From Macrostomum lignano (taxonomy: Eukaryota), in assembly GCA_002269645.1 (NCBI GenBank), contig NIVC01004259.1, forward strand, positions 1 to 52,772: DNA of 52,772 nt. Reading direction: 5' to 3'. Made by a program: the position numbers and the translations under genes. Positions 1 to 11,515 of this stretch are shown piece by piece. The first letter of the stretch is position 1; the number at the start of each line of letters is the position of its first letter. The notes beneath the pieces are model-generated. The model searched no databases and was not told the DNA's origin. It saw only the letters and a program-made list of their open reading frames with translations.

Positions 1-48
1 CTGTCTGTCTGTCTGTCTGTCTTACGTGTCTGCTCTGTCTGTCTGTCC

Positions 49-93
<45 letters not shown>

Positions 94-128
94 TCTGTCT
101 GTCTGTCTGTCGTCTGTCTGTCTGTCAA

Positions 129-207
<79 letters not shown>

Positions 208-341
208 TCTGTCTGTCTGTCTGTCTGTCTCTGTCTGTCTGTCTGTCTTAGTGTCTGTCTGTCTTTCTGTCTGCCTGTCTTTCTGTCTGCCTGTCTGTCT
301 GTCTGTCTGTCTGTCTTAGTGTCTGTCTGTCTGTCTGTCTG

Positions 342-428
<87 letters not shown>

Positions 429-470
429 AATCTGTCTGTCTGTCTGTCTGTCTGTCTCTTGTCTGTCTGC

Positions 471-521
<51 letters not shown>

Positions 522-535
522 TCTTGTCTGTCTAT
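1..535. repeat. (TCTG/GACA)n microsatellite
   Basis: Direct 4-bp periodicity with interruptions. Confidence 0.97.
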
Positions 536-1624
536 CCCTGTGAGGTCTCTTTTGGATTATTGCCTATCCGTAATTAAATTTTCAGTTTGACTAAAAATTA
601 AAAGAAAAAGCAACAAAAGAGTTAAATGCAAAAAGCCAAAAAATGTCACGAAAGGAAATTCAAAACCGGTTTATTAAAGCCTGGGAACTCGAGAATAATG
701 GAGACTGGAGGTGAGTGTGAGGTTAGTCGCTCAGGACAGTTAGCAACAAATGACAGTCCCACCGACCCAACATGTCATGGCTTGGACTGGCGGGAAACTA
801 TCATTCGATACCAACATGGTGTCCGAGTTGCATTGGCCACGCGGAGTTTCAGCCATAGACAACAACTACTGATCGCTGCGCGTTCCGGTCCCTCTGTCTC
901 TGTCTTTGTCGCGCGAGTGTTTCTTGCCAGCAAACTGTTGCCGCAGCCCGGAGGAGCCAGGCGCGGGGCTCGCGGTTTTAAGCTGATCCGCGGCTCGGGG
1001 TGGGGGCGGGAGCACAGCACAGTAACAGCTGCTGCCAGCCCCTCCACGCGAAAGTGGAGTCAGCAGTCATTTGTGGCAGGGGTAGTGGTGGGGCTTACTT
1101 GAGCTGCTCACCTCCAACTCACCGTGGCTTCCCCCCTGTTTTAACTCAAGAGATATCCGCCTCTCTCGTATGGGCGCTATCGAGCTTCATAGCCAACCCC
1201 CCCCCCCAAAAAGGGGGACAATGCCACAGCCCCACAGCACTGCTGCTGCACCGCCTGCTTCACTAAACAACCCCCCCCCCGCACAAAGCACCACGACGAC
1301 GTCTGCTTTGCCTGGCAAGCGGGAGAGAGAGGCCGGCTGTTAAAAAGTTACGGGCGAGAACCAGATGGCGGAGTCCGAGGTGATCGCGGGACCCCGGCCC
1401 GATTAAGCTTCCCTATTCCTCCGAAGCCCGAAATTCCAATGCGAGACGCTCAGACAGCTTTAGCGTTCCATTCTTCTCCCACCCAGTGAATTAGGGAGCT
1501 CTAAACTTACAGATTCTGGAAAGGAAACTCATTGCCATTCCCTTCCTTGGTTAACTATAAGGCTTCGAAAAGTTTCTAGGTGTCTTTTGAAGCAAGCTAA
1601 AAACTTCTCGCTTTCAATTGCGGT

Positions 1625-2052
1625 TTCGAGCTTCGAGATTTGAAAGTTTTGAGTTGGTAAAGTTTCGAGCTTGAGAAGTGGGAAGTTTCGAGCTTGGGAA
1701 GTGGCAAGTTTTGAGCTTGGGAAGTGGGAAGTTTCGAGCTTGGAAGTGGCAAGTTTCGAGCTTGGGAAGTGGCAAGTTTTGAGCTTGGGAAGTGGAAGTT
1801 TCGAGCTTGGGAAGTGGGAAGTTTCGAGCTTGGGAAGTGGCAAGTTTTGAGCTTGGGAAGTGGGAAGTTTCGAGCTTGGGAAGTGGGAAGTTTCGAGCTT
1901 GGGAAGTGGCAAGTTTTGAGCTTGGGAAGTGGGAAGTTTCGAGCTTGGGAAGTGGCAAGTTTTGAGCTTGGGAAGTGGGAAGTTTCGAGCTTGGGAAGTG
2001 GCAAGTTTCGAGCTTGGGAAGTGGAAGTTTCGATCTTTGAAGTTTCGAGCTT
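1625..2052. repeat. 23-bp minisatellite (AAGTTTCGAGCTTGGGAAGTGGG/C)
   Basis: Tandem 23-mers with alternating variants; the overlapping ORFs are repeat translations. Confidence 0.93.
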
Positions 2053-2789
2053 GTAAATTTTTTAGTTTAAGCCTATACATTTTTAGTTTCTCTAAGATCA
2101 GATATGAATTTTCAGCTGATGAAGCTTCAAGTTTCAGTCTTCAGCTTCTTGAAAAAAGAATTGCAGTCGAACACGAGTGAAGCTTAACCAAATCAACATT
2201 CCACCCCAGATGCCTGAGCAGTTCCAGAACTCCATGCCCCCCCCCAATTCTATATATGAGTATAATAGTTTTGAGCCGAGGCGCATTATTTGTCAAGGAG
2301 GGAAGCGGGAGTGCTGCTTGCTGCTGTATTTGCTCCCCTCCCGGTTTGGAGGGCCGGTGTTAGGGAGCGGGTGACGGGGTATAAGGGGAGACAGCTAAGC
2401 TAAGCCTCTATCTTATTCCTTTCTTAATTCTTACACAACTTTTTTTCACAGAACTGCCTGCCCCCCCTGCTGCCGGCTGGCCGGCGCCGCTACAAGGGTG
2501 AATAAGTGACAGGGGGACCCCCCAGTCACGCTGCCGGCTCTCCAACTCCAATGAGCAGCCAGCCGTTCTCAGTGTCGCTATCTACTCGAGCAATTGTTCA
2601 GATCCCGTGTGCTACTCGCCACTTCAACTGTTTGAGTTTCAGCGGGGAATTTGTGTCCCTCGATCCCTTCCTTTCGCGCTCACCGCGCGAGCTCGCCGGC
2701 TTATGACTCATTGGCTTGCGGTTGCTATGTCGAATGTGAGATGACCTGTGACTGGGAAGCTGCGTTAAACACTTAGTTGCTGGGGAAAA

Positions 2790-3470
2790 TGACTCGGTTC
2801 GTGAAATCAGGGGACTCGGTTTGTGGGTCAGGGGACTCGGTTTGTGGGGTCAGAGGACTCTGGATCTGTGGGGGTCAGGGGACTCATTTAAATTGTAGGG
2901 ATCAGAGACAGCGGGTGTCATAACAGGAGTCAGGGGTGTCATAAGGGAATCAGGGGTGTCATAAGGGAGTCAGGGGTGTCATAAAAGGGAGTCAGGGGTG
3001 TCATAAAGGGGAGTCAGGGGTGTCATAAGGGGGTCAGCGGGTGTCATAAAGGGGAGTCAGGGGTGTCATAAAGGGGAGTCAGGGTGTCATAATGGGGAGT
3101 CAGGGGTGTCATAAAGGGGAGTCAGGGGTGTCATAATTGGGTCAGGGGTGTCATAAAGGGGAGTCAGGGGTGTCATAATGGGGAGTCAGGGCGTGCCATA
3201 AAAGGGAGTCAAAGGGTGTCATAATGGGGTCAAGGGTGCCATAAAGGGGAGTCAGGGGTGTCATAAAAGGGAGTCAGGGGTGTCATAGTGGGGAGTCAGG
3301 GTGTCATAGTGGGGAGTCAGGGGTGTCATAAATATGAGTCAGGGGTGTCATAAATATGAGTCAGGGGTGTCATCATGGGGAGTCAGGGGTGTCATAAAGG
3401 GGAGTCAGGGGTGTCATAGTGGGGAGTCAGGGTGTCATAAATATGAGTCAGGGGTGCCATCAAGGGGAGT
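2790..3470. repeat. ~20-22-bp minisatellite (GGGGAGTCAGGGGTGTCATAAA)
   Basis: Tandem G-rich units, degenerate toward the 5' end. Confidence 0.92.
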
Positions 3471-3972
3471 CACGATTAACCCCATGATGAACTTCAAGGA
3501 AGTAACCAAATAAAAAATGAGTGAAAAACATTTACATGATTGACTGATTGACTAATTTATAATGTAACTGCATGCACGCTCAGTTGCTATGCAGGTAGTT
3601 ACAGCACATACAGCTAAAGCATTTTTGATTGAGACCACAAGTATACTACTGTTCAGTTTAACAAACGTACATACGCAAATTTAGCGAAAATGAATTGCAT
3701 CAAGAGAATAACAAATTTTTTTTCTTTAAAATTAATCAATACAATACTACAGCAACAGCAATATCGATGACAATGACGCTAAAGTGCATTTTGTTTCCAA
3801 GAAACTACGAGTACAAATATTCCGACTAAAAATACGGGCGCATTTCAGTTCTAAACTTCAGAAACTAAACTACACGTGTAAACTATGTACATCAGTACTA
3901 AATTATTAAATAATAATAGCACAGGTGATTGCATTGAGAAATATTTTATTTTTTCTGAAAAAAACCGACAGT

Positions 3973-4459
3973 GCGGGTTAATCACGTGACTGAGTACCTA
4001 CGGGCTAATTTAGGCTAAAAGGCCGCGGGTTGATCACGTGACTGAGTACCTACGGGCTAATTTAATTTAGGCTAAAAGGCCGCGGGTTGATCACGTGACT
4101 GAGTACCTACGGGCTAATTTAATTTAGGCTAAAAGGCCGCGGGTTGATCACGTGACTGAGTCACCTACGGGCTAATTTAGGCTAAAAGGCCGCGGGTTGA
4201 TCACGTGACTGAGTCACCTGCAGGCTAATTTAGGCTAAAAGGCCGCGGGTTGATCACGTGACTGAGTACCTACGGGCTAATTTAATTTAGGCTAAAAGGC
4301 CGCGGGTTGATCACGTGACTGAGTCACCTACGGGCTAATTTAGGCTAAAAGGCCGCGGTTGATCACGTGACTGAGTCACCTACGGGCTAATTTAGGCTAA
4401 AAGGCCGCGGGTTGATCACGTGACTGAGTCACCTACGGGCTAATTTAGGCTAAAAGGCC
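3973..4459. repeat. 51-57-bp tandem repeat x9 with a CACGTG core
   Basis: Unit GCGGGTTGATCACGTGACTGAGT(C)ACCTACGGGCTAATTT(AATTT)AGGCTAAAAGGCC, nine copies. Confidence 0.95.
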
Positions 4460-4510
4460 CTTGTTGAGCTGCGAAAACTAAGTTAATTTGATAAACAAAT
4501 GTAGTCTACT

Positions 4511-4516
4511 TTTATT
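4511..4516 (-). terminator. Polyadenylation signal AATAAA (proximal)
   Basis: Minus-strand AATAAA ~46 nt after the stop codon, in an AT-rich 3' UTR. Confidence 0.55.
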
Positions 4517-4562
4517 AAACAGTTATAATATTTTTGTTATAACTGTTTGTTACAACATAGGA

Positions 4563-4603
4563 TTACACCTGGCACATCTCTTGCAGGCTGGGCTCCTCTG
4601 CCA

Positions 4604-4665
<62 letters not shown>

Positions 4666-4921
4666 CCAGTTTGTCTTGGCTGCGCGCTCTGCCGCCTGCC
4701 TGCGCCATGCTGCTGCTGATGCTGCTGCTGATGCTGCCTTTCGGCCAGCTCCTTGAATAGGATCAGCGCGTCCTTTCGACCGGCCTTCTGTAAGCAGCGA
4801 CCAAACAGGCCGATGGTGGCGCCGGGACGCTGCGACCAGGTGCGCAGCATCAGCCGGATGGGGCTCTGGCGAAGGGCGTCGGCTTGGGCCTCGAACTCCT
4901 GCACCTCATCGGCTGAGAAGC
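4563..4921 (-). CDS. NGFR: p75NTR-like terminal exon: death domain C-terminal part and polyQ tail
   Basis: Acceptor ttttttttcgcag|GC (phase 1). GFSADEVQEFEAQADALRQSPIRLMLRTWSQRPGATIGLFGRCLQKAGRKDAL aligns to the p75 death domain (GYQPEHIDSF...PVRALLASWATQDSATLDALLAALRRIQRAD). Then ~20 CAG codons and TAA at 4563. Confidence 0.9.
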
Positions 4922-5143
4922 CTGCGAAAAAAAATTTTTTGGTTTTCAGAAATATTTTACTACTTATAGCCGACTCTACTGATAGTAGCAAGCTGGTAGT
5001 TTTCTTTCGGTATAACGGTTTTTATTTTGGTAAGCCATTGTGTCCATTCACAAATCTTTTTCAGTAATCTGCTTCTATCCTTCCAGATCCTTTCAGTAAT
5101 CCGGTTCTACAGTACCCTCCCAGATGAAGGATCCCAGTCTCAC

Positions 5144-5541
5144 CCAGTTCCGTTGCCAGCTCCTTCCAAGCGGCCGGGTCAGGGTTGTTGCTCAGGATAT
5201 TCTCCAAGCGCTGGAACCGGGAGTCCGAGATCTCCTTCAACGGCCGGGTGCTGCTGCTGACCGAAGCGGCCAGAGCTTCGCTGCCGCGAATCCGCTATCG
5301 ACGCTGCGTCGTTTTAGCAGCGCCGCAGGCTGGCAGCTGCGCGGCGGCGGGTACATCGGGCTCTGCGGCGGGATGAGCGCGTTGCTGGCAGGCAGATGCT
5401 GCTGGGTCTTGCGGCTGTACGTTCTGCTCCGGAAGTATTTGAACACGATCCAGACGATCAGGCTGACGATAATGGCGCCCAGCACGGCGCAGTACACTGG
5501 GATCATGTCGTTGCGGCTGCCGGAGTGCCGGCTGACTGGCT
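5144..5541 (-). CDS. NGFR: p75NTR-like TM/juxtamembrane exon plus first death-domain helices (1-nt frameshift at ~5292 as assembled)
   Basis: Acceptor ttttcttcttttgccacttttccag|AG, donor CTG G|gtgaga. EPVSRHSGSRNDMIPVYCAVLGAIIVSLIVWIVFK resembles human p75 DNLIPVYCSILAAVVVGLVAYIAFK. After a frame change: EISDSRFQRLENILSNNPDPAAWKELATELG. Length is 398 nt; 399 is needed for phase 1 to phase 1. Confidence 0.88.
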
Positions 5542-5654
5542 CTGGAAAAGTGGCAAAAGAAGAAAACTTGCATATTTCAGTATATTTCAGTCAGTATAAC
5601 TGCTTTTAGTGCCGGGAATGAAAGGCAATGGGAAATTTGCCTATAGATGGCATA

Positions 5655-6045
5655 CATATGGCACTTGTAGTGTCACTATCAGTGGCACAAAATGGCACCG
5701 GAATGACAATATCGGTGGCACAAAATGGCACCGGGAATAGCAATAAGTGGCACAAAATGGCACCGGGAATGGCAATATCAGCGGCACAAAATGGCACCGG
5801 GAATGGCAATATCGGTGGCACAAAATGGCACCGGGAATGGCAATATCGGTGGCACAAAATGGCAATGGCAATTTTAATGGCAATTTTAATGGCAATATCA
5901 GTGGCGCAAAATGGCACCGGGAATGGCAATATCGGTGGCGCAAAATGGCAACAGGACTGACACATCGGTGGCGCGAAATGGCACCAGGATTGACACTATC
6001 GGGTGTCACAATATGGCATAGGGAATGGCAACATCGGCGGCATGC
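5655..6045. repeat. ~34-bp minisatellite (AAATGGCACCGGGAATGGCAATATCGGTGGCACA)
   Basis: Tandem, moderately diverged units in the intron just upstream of the TM exon. Confidence 0.88.
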
Positions 6046-6529
6046 ATAAAAATGACATTTTAATTGGCCCTAAACGAATGAAATTTAACCTGGCTCTGGC
6101 GTTAGGAATAACACAAAAAATGACACTAGTAAATCTTCATTTTACTACTCAGTTTAGTCTGTTTAGTAGAGTAGTATGTGTCTGACAGTTCCTTTTGTAT
6201 TCCAAAAGAACAAGAGATCAAGTGGGGCTTTCAAATGTATGTTTACATGTTACAAAAAGTGTTATCAGTTAAAGATTTTATTGCGCAGGCTGAAGTGGTG
6301 TGTGAGAAAAACAGAAAGCGAAGTCGTTAGTCAAGTGTTAGTCAAGGGCGCCTTTGAGCACTTTGATATTCTAATTTTGTCTATTGATGTCTGCTCGATT
6401 TTTATGAATTAATTGTACAATTTTAACTGAAAAACTTACTGCAATGTACCTGCAAATGCTGTTGAAGTTAAATTTTGGCATGATTAAATTAAGAAAACGC
6501 CGACTTGCAGAATCCAATTTTTTCAATTC

Positions 6530-7135
6530 CAATTTTGGTGTCCCAATTTTAAAATCCCAATTTTAGAATATCAACTTTCGGATCCCAATTTTAGAATCCC
6601 AATTTTAGAATCCCAATTGTAGAATCCCAATTGTAGAATCCCAATTTTAGAATCCCAATTGTAGAATCCTAAGTTTAGAATCCCAATTGTAGAATCCCAA
6701 TTGTAGAATCCTAAGTTTAGAATCCCAATTTTAGAATCCCAATTGTAGAATCCTAAGTTTAGAATCCCAATTGTAGAATCCCAATTTTAGAATCCCAATT
6801 GTAGAATCCTAAGTTTAGAATCCCAATTGTAGAATCCCAATTTTAGGATCGTAAGTTTAGAATCCTAACTTTAGAATCCCAATTTTAGAATATCAACTTT
6901 CGGATCCCAATTTTAGAATCCCAATTTTAGAATCCAAAGTTTAGAATCCCAATTTTAGAATCCCAATTGTAGAATCCTAAGTTTAGAATCCCAATTGTAG
7001 AATCCCAATTTTAGAATCCCAATTGTAGAATCCCAATTTTAGAATCCCAATTGTAGAATCCTAAGTTTAGAATCCCAATTGTAGAATCCCAATTGTAGAA
7101 TCCTAATTGTAGAATCCCAATTTTGAATCCCAAAT
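6530..7135. repeat. 14-bp minisatellite (CCCAATTTTAGAAT)
   Basis: Direct 14-bp periodicity. Confidence 0.95.
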
Positions 7136-7602
7136 CTCAAATTGCGATTTCAAATGCAGCTTCAATAGCAGGAACTGCAATCAGCATCTCGGAGCGGAGG
7201 CCGGATACTCGCACTCAGTCAGTTTGCAAATCGCGCACAACTTTATCAGCTGCGCGGCTCTGATAGGCAGATGCGCGCACTACAAGAGAGCCATAAATTC
7301 TATCAGGTCGTCCGGCTCCCGTGTGGGGGGGGAGCTGCAGACGCGGAGGCACGAGAGACAATCGCAAGCCTCCCCTTTTATAAGCGCTCTGACTTTCTTT
7401 TTACGACTCTCCGGTCGGACGCAGTCTGCGCGCCTTCGCTATGAAGGCCAAAGCGAAAAGAGGGCCCCGCGTCTCTGCGCTGTATCTGCCCTCTCTGTGC
7501 GCAGTTTTATTGTCGGCCTTCCAGCTGCGGCCTTGTGAATTGTGGAGAGAATGCAGTGAGATAGGGACTGAGGGCTGGGCCTTTCATGGCACCGCTGCTG
7601 CG

Positions 7603-7638
<36 letters not shown>

Positions 7639-7639
7639 C

Positions 7640-7698
<59 letters not shown>

Positions 7699-7699
7699 C

Positions 7700-7730
<31 letters not shown>

Positions 7731-7731
7731 C

Positions 7732-7782
<51 letters not shown>

Positions 7783-7783
7783 C

Positions 7784-7814
<31 letters not shown>

Positions 7815-7815
7815 C

Positions 7816-7878
<63 letters not shown>

Positions 7879-7879
7879 C

Positions 7880-7922
<43 letters not shown>

Positions 7923-7923
7923 C

Positions 7924-7962
<39 letters not shown>

Positions 7963-7963
7963 C

Positions 7964-8002
<39 letters not shown>

Positions 8003-8043
8003 CACAGACAGACAGATAAACAGACAGACAGACAGACAGACAC

Positions 8044-8074
<31 letters not shown>

Positions 8075-8075
8075 C

Positions 8076-8142
<67 letters not shown>

Positions 8143-8161
8143 CACAGACAGACACACAGAT

Positions 8162-8194
<33 letters not shown>

Positions 8195-8245
8195 CACAGA
8201 CAGACACACAGACAGACACAGACAGACAGACAGACAGACAAATAG
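7603..8245. repeat. (GACA)n microsatellite with CACA variants
   Basis: 4-bp periodicity. Confidence 0.97.
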
Positions 8246-8869
8246 ACACATTACTGATGGCACCGAAACAAACTGTCTTCAGGGAAAGTGAGAAGTTGAG
8301 GACATGGAGCGGAGATTCAGGGTGAGAGACTTAGAGGGAGCTGAGCACAAGCCCCATCTCTGAGGTCTGAAACGAGCAGCGAATTCCAATCTCGCCTCTG
8401 CCAAGTGCCAGTGTGCCAGCAACGCAATTCCAAATTGGCTGAGCCTGGGCGAATCCCCGAGCATCGCCGTCCAGTTTGAATGATGACGGGGGGAGTCTGC
8501 GTGGGAAGCGAGTTCCGCACGCATTCAGCGATGCCGCGCGTACGAAGAAGGTCGTTTATCTTCGAAGCCAGCCGCGGAAGCGATCGGGAGTCTGGAAATG
8601 CCGCCGCCGGTGCCTCGCTGGGGTGGAGGGCGACGGCGAAATCGGATTAGTCTCAAATCCGGCCACCTCCGAGCTGAGGAACGCAAATCGAATATTTTGG
8701 CCGGCAGCCAAAAATCTTGCTGCTGCTGCTGCTGCTGGCGCGGATCGGAGTCCAGGATTGTTGCGGAATCGGGGAAGCTGATGACATCGTCGGCTGGCCT
8801 ATGCGGCTCGGTCACATATTTGAGCTCGAGAGTTCAGGACTGTCGCAACCATCTCAATTGCCATATTTC

Positions 8870-9685
8870 CCCCACTTCCCCTCTCTCCCCTCTCACTTGC
8901 CCTCTCTCCCCTCTCACTTGCCCTCTCTCCCTCTCACTTCCCCTCTCTCCCCTCTCTCCCCCCACTTCCCCTCTCTCCCCTCTCACTTCCCCTCTCTCCC
9001 CTCTCACTCCCCCTTTCTCCCCTCTCACTTCCCCTCTCTCCACTCTCACTTGCCCTCTCTCCCCTCTCTCCCCCACTTCCCCTCTCTCCCCTCTCACTTC
9101 CCCTCTCTCCCCTCTCTCCCCCACTTCCCCTCTCTCCCCTCTCTCCCCACTTCCCCTCTCTCCCTCTCACTTCCCCTTTCTCCCCTCTCACTTCCCCTCT
9201 CTCCACTCTCACTTGCCCTCTCTCCCCTCTCTCCTCCCCACTTCCCCTCTCTCCCCTCTCACTTGCCCTCTCTCCCCTCTCACTTCCCCTCTCTCCCCTC
9301 TCTCCCCCACTTCCCCTCTCTCCCCTCTCACTTCCCCTCTCTCCCCTCTCACTTCCCTTTTCTCCCCTCTCACTTGCCCTCTCTCCCCTCTCACTTGTCC
9401 TCTCTCTCATCTCACTTGCCCTCTCTCCCCTCTCACTTGCCCTCTCTCCCCTCTCGCTTTCCCTCTCTCCCCTCTCGCTTTCCCTCTCTCCCCTCTCGCT
9501 TTCCCTCTCTCCCCTCTCGCTACCCCTCTCTCCCCTCTCGCTTCCCCTATCTCCCCTCTCGCTTTCCCTCTCTCCCCTCTCGCTTTCCCTCTCTCCCCTC
9601 TCGCTACCCCTCTCTCCCCTCTCGCTTCCCCTATCTCCCCTCTCGCTTTCCCTCTCTCCCCTCTCGCTACCCCTCTCTCCCTCGC
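8870..9685. repeat. Polypyrimidine ~21-bp minisatellite (CACTTCCCCTCTCTCCCCTCT)
   Basis: Strand-asymmetric C/T array with variant blocks. Confidence 0.93.
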
Positions 9686-10369
9686 CCCCACTCCAAAGAG
9701 CACCCAGCACAGCACCACCCAGCAGCATGATCGCTAGTTGTCCAAGGATTTGCATCTCCCAGCAGCAGCAGCTGCCTCAACCGCAGAAAAATTCCCATAT
9801 CCTTAACCGGGCTTTCCGCGTAAGATACGGGCCGCTTGGGATATAAAGCTGTAAAGCAAGAAAGTTTTATGGGTTTTTTTGGTGCTATATACGCGCGCGG
9901 CGGCGTATTATATGGTGTTGTCAAAGCCGCAACTGCCCCAAGAACAAGACTGCATGCCCGGTTTTATTGCACCAGCTTATACGAGAGCTCGCAGTCAGTT
10001 TTTTCAGACCGCCCGCCCCGCCGTTCCGAAGTTGTAAAAAATCTCTTCTCGCTAACGATCAAAGGAAAACTAGCGACACTATTGACTGGGTGAGGGCGGG
10101 GGGCGCTATAATTTTTTGGGGGGAGTTTCTCGCTATAAAACTTTGGGTCTGGCATTGTGCTTATGCCTTTTTAAAACCATTTTTACTGGCCCAAAGCCAC
10201 TCAAAACCTGAGGTAGATCATTTTATTACTAAAGTGTGCGTATCTCCGTGTTTATACTTTGTGTTTCAGAGTTTTTACTTGGAATGAATTGATAAAAATA
10301 TCTCATTCGCATTGATAAGTCTATCCGCTCCATGAACTGGTGGTCTCAATATCCTTAATGATTGGACTG

Positions 10370-10755
10370 GCGGCCTCAAAATCCGTGATGAATTTGACTG
10401 CATGGTGGCCTCAGAAACCGCCATCCTGGCGGCCTCAAAGACAGTCATGGATGGACTGGCGGCCTCAAAGACAGTTATCGATGGACTAGCGGCCTCAGAA
10501 ACCACCATGAACGGACTAGCGGCCTCAGAAACCACCAGGAATGGACTGGCGGCCTCAGAAACCACCATGAATGGACTGGCGGCCTCAGAAACCACCATGA
10601 ATGGGCTGGCGGCCTCAGAAACCACCATGAATGGGCTGGCGGCCTCAGAAACCACCATGAATGGACTGGCGGCCTCAGAAACCACCATGAATGGGCTGGC
10701 GGCCTCAGAAACCACCATGAATGGACTGGCGGCCTCAGAAACCACCATGAATGAA
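10370..10755. repeat. 30-bp minisatellite (GGACTGGCGGCCTCAGAAACCACCATGAAT)
   Basis: About 12 units, more diverged at the 5' end. Confidence 0.92.
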
Positions 10756-11087
10756 CGGCCCGAAACCGCCCGGGATGAATCACTGGAAAGTTTGCTAAAG
10801 CAGAAAATGCGCAAAAAGAATCGAGCTAAAAATGGGATAATCTAAAAAAACCAGCCGGAAAACTTTTCTCCCAAGCACGGAGGGGATTTTCCTCCTTCTG
10901 TTGCGACAAGATTCGGCGCTATAGAAGACCCAGATAGTGGACTGACAGCGGCGCAGTTCCCCCTTATCCCTTTCCCCGTGTTTGCGTCCTTTGCATACGG
11001 CGGAACTCCACACTACAGCAGAATCGACCGAGTGTTATTTAGAATGAAGCGCATAATTTTCTGTCGGTTCCGGTTTCCAGACAAGTA

Positions 11088-11088
<1 letters not shown>

Positions 11089-11155
<67 letters not shown>
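11089..11155. repeat. (CT)n microsatellite
   Basis: Dinucleotide run. Confidence 0.97.
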
Positions 11156-11159
<4 letters not shown>

Positions 11160-11515
11160 TTAATTAGAACGCAACTGGAGGGGGCGCGCAGCCGCTTTAA
11201 AATAAAGTGGGAAATGCGGAGTTTCCACGAAAACGCAGTTCGGCTTTGCACCCCCCCCCCCTAGGTTTCGCGATATAATAAACTAACAATGCCGGGGGTA
11301 TATCGTCTTCTTCTTGCGGTTCGGCTTGGACTGTGCGAATAAAATATAAAATTCTATTTTTTAAGGTGTGACTTATAATGATTTTCTAGCAGCACAGAGT
11401 TTATGCATAGTATTCGATTACTAACTAAGGACTGATGGCGATTTTTGGGGAAACTGAAGAAGGTAATCCTGAAGCCGCAATATCCGCTTAATATCCACTG
11501 ACCAAAGTGCGAATC

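Noticed and set aside
626-2510. Gene fragments near the window start (ORF 626-1102; donors at ~711 and ~1095-1125; acceptor at 2451)
   Set aside because: Isolated splice-like signals on both strands, with no recognisable product or consistent model.
3973-4459. CRISPR-like array
   Set aside because: Units are contiguous repeats without unique spacers, in a eukaryotic context with no cas genes.
5293-5302. 8-nt GT...AG micro-intron (GTCGATAG) that would repair the frameshift
   Set aside because: Far below any spliceosomal intron size, and it would delete the conserved DSG motif.
10275-10845. LAASETTMNG 10-aa repeat protein
   Set aside because: Open on both strands, the frame shifts at the degenerate edge, and no splice or start support ties it to a gene. 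It cannot be fully excluded.
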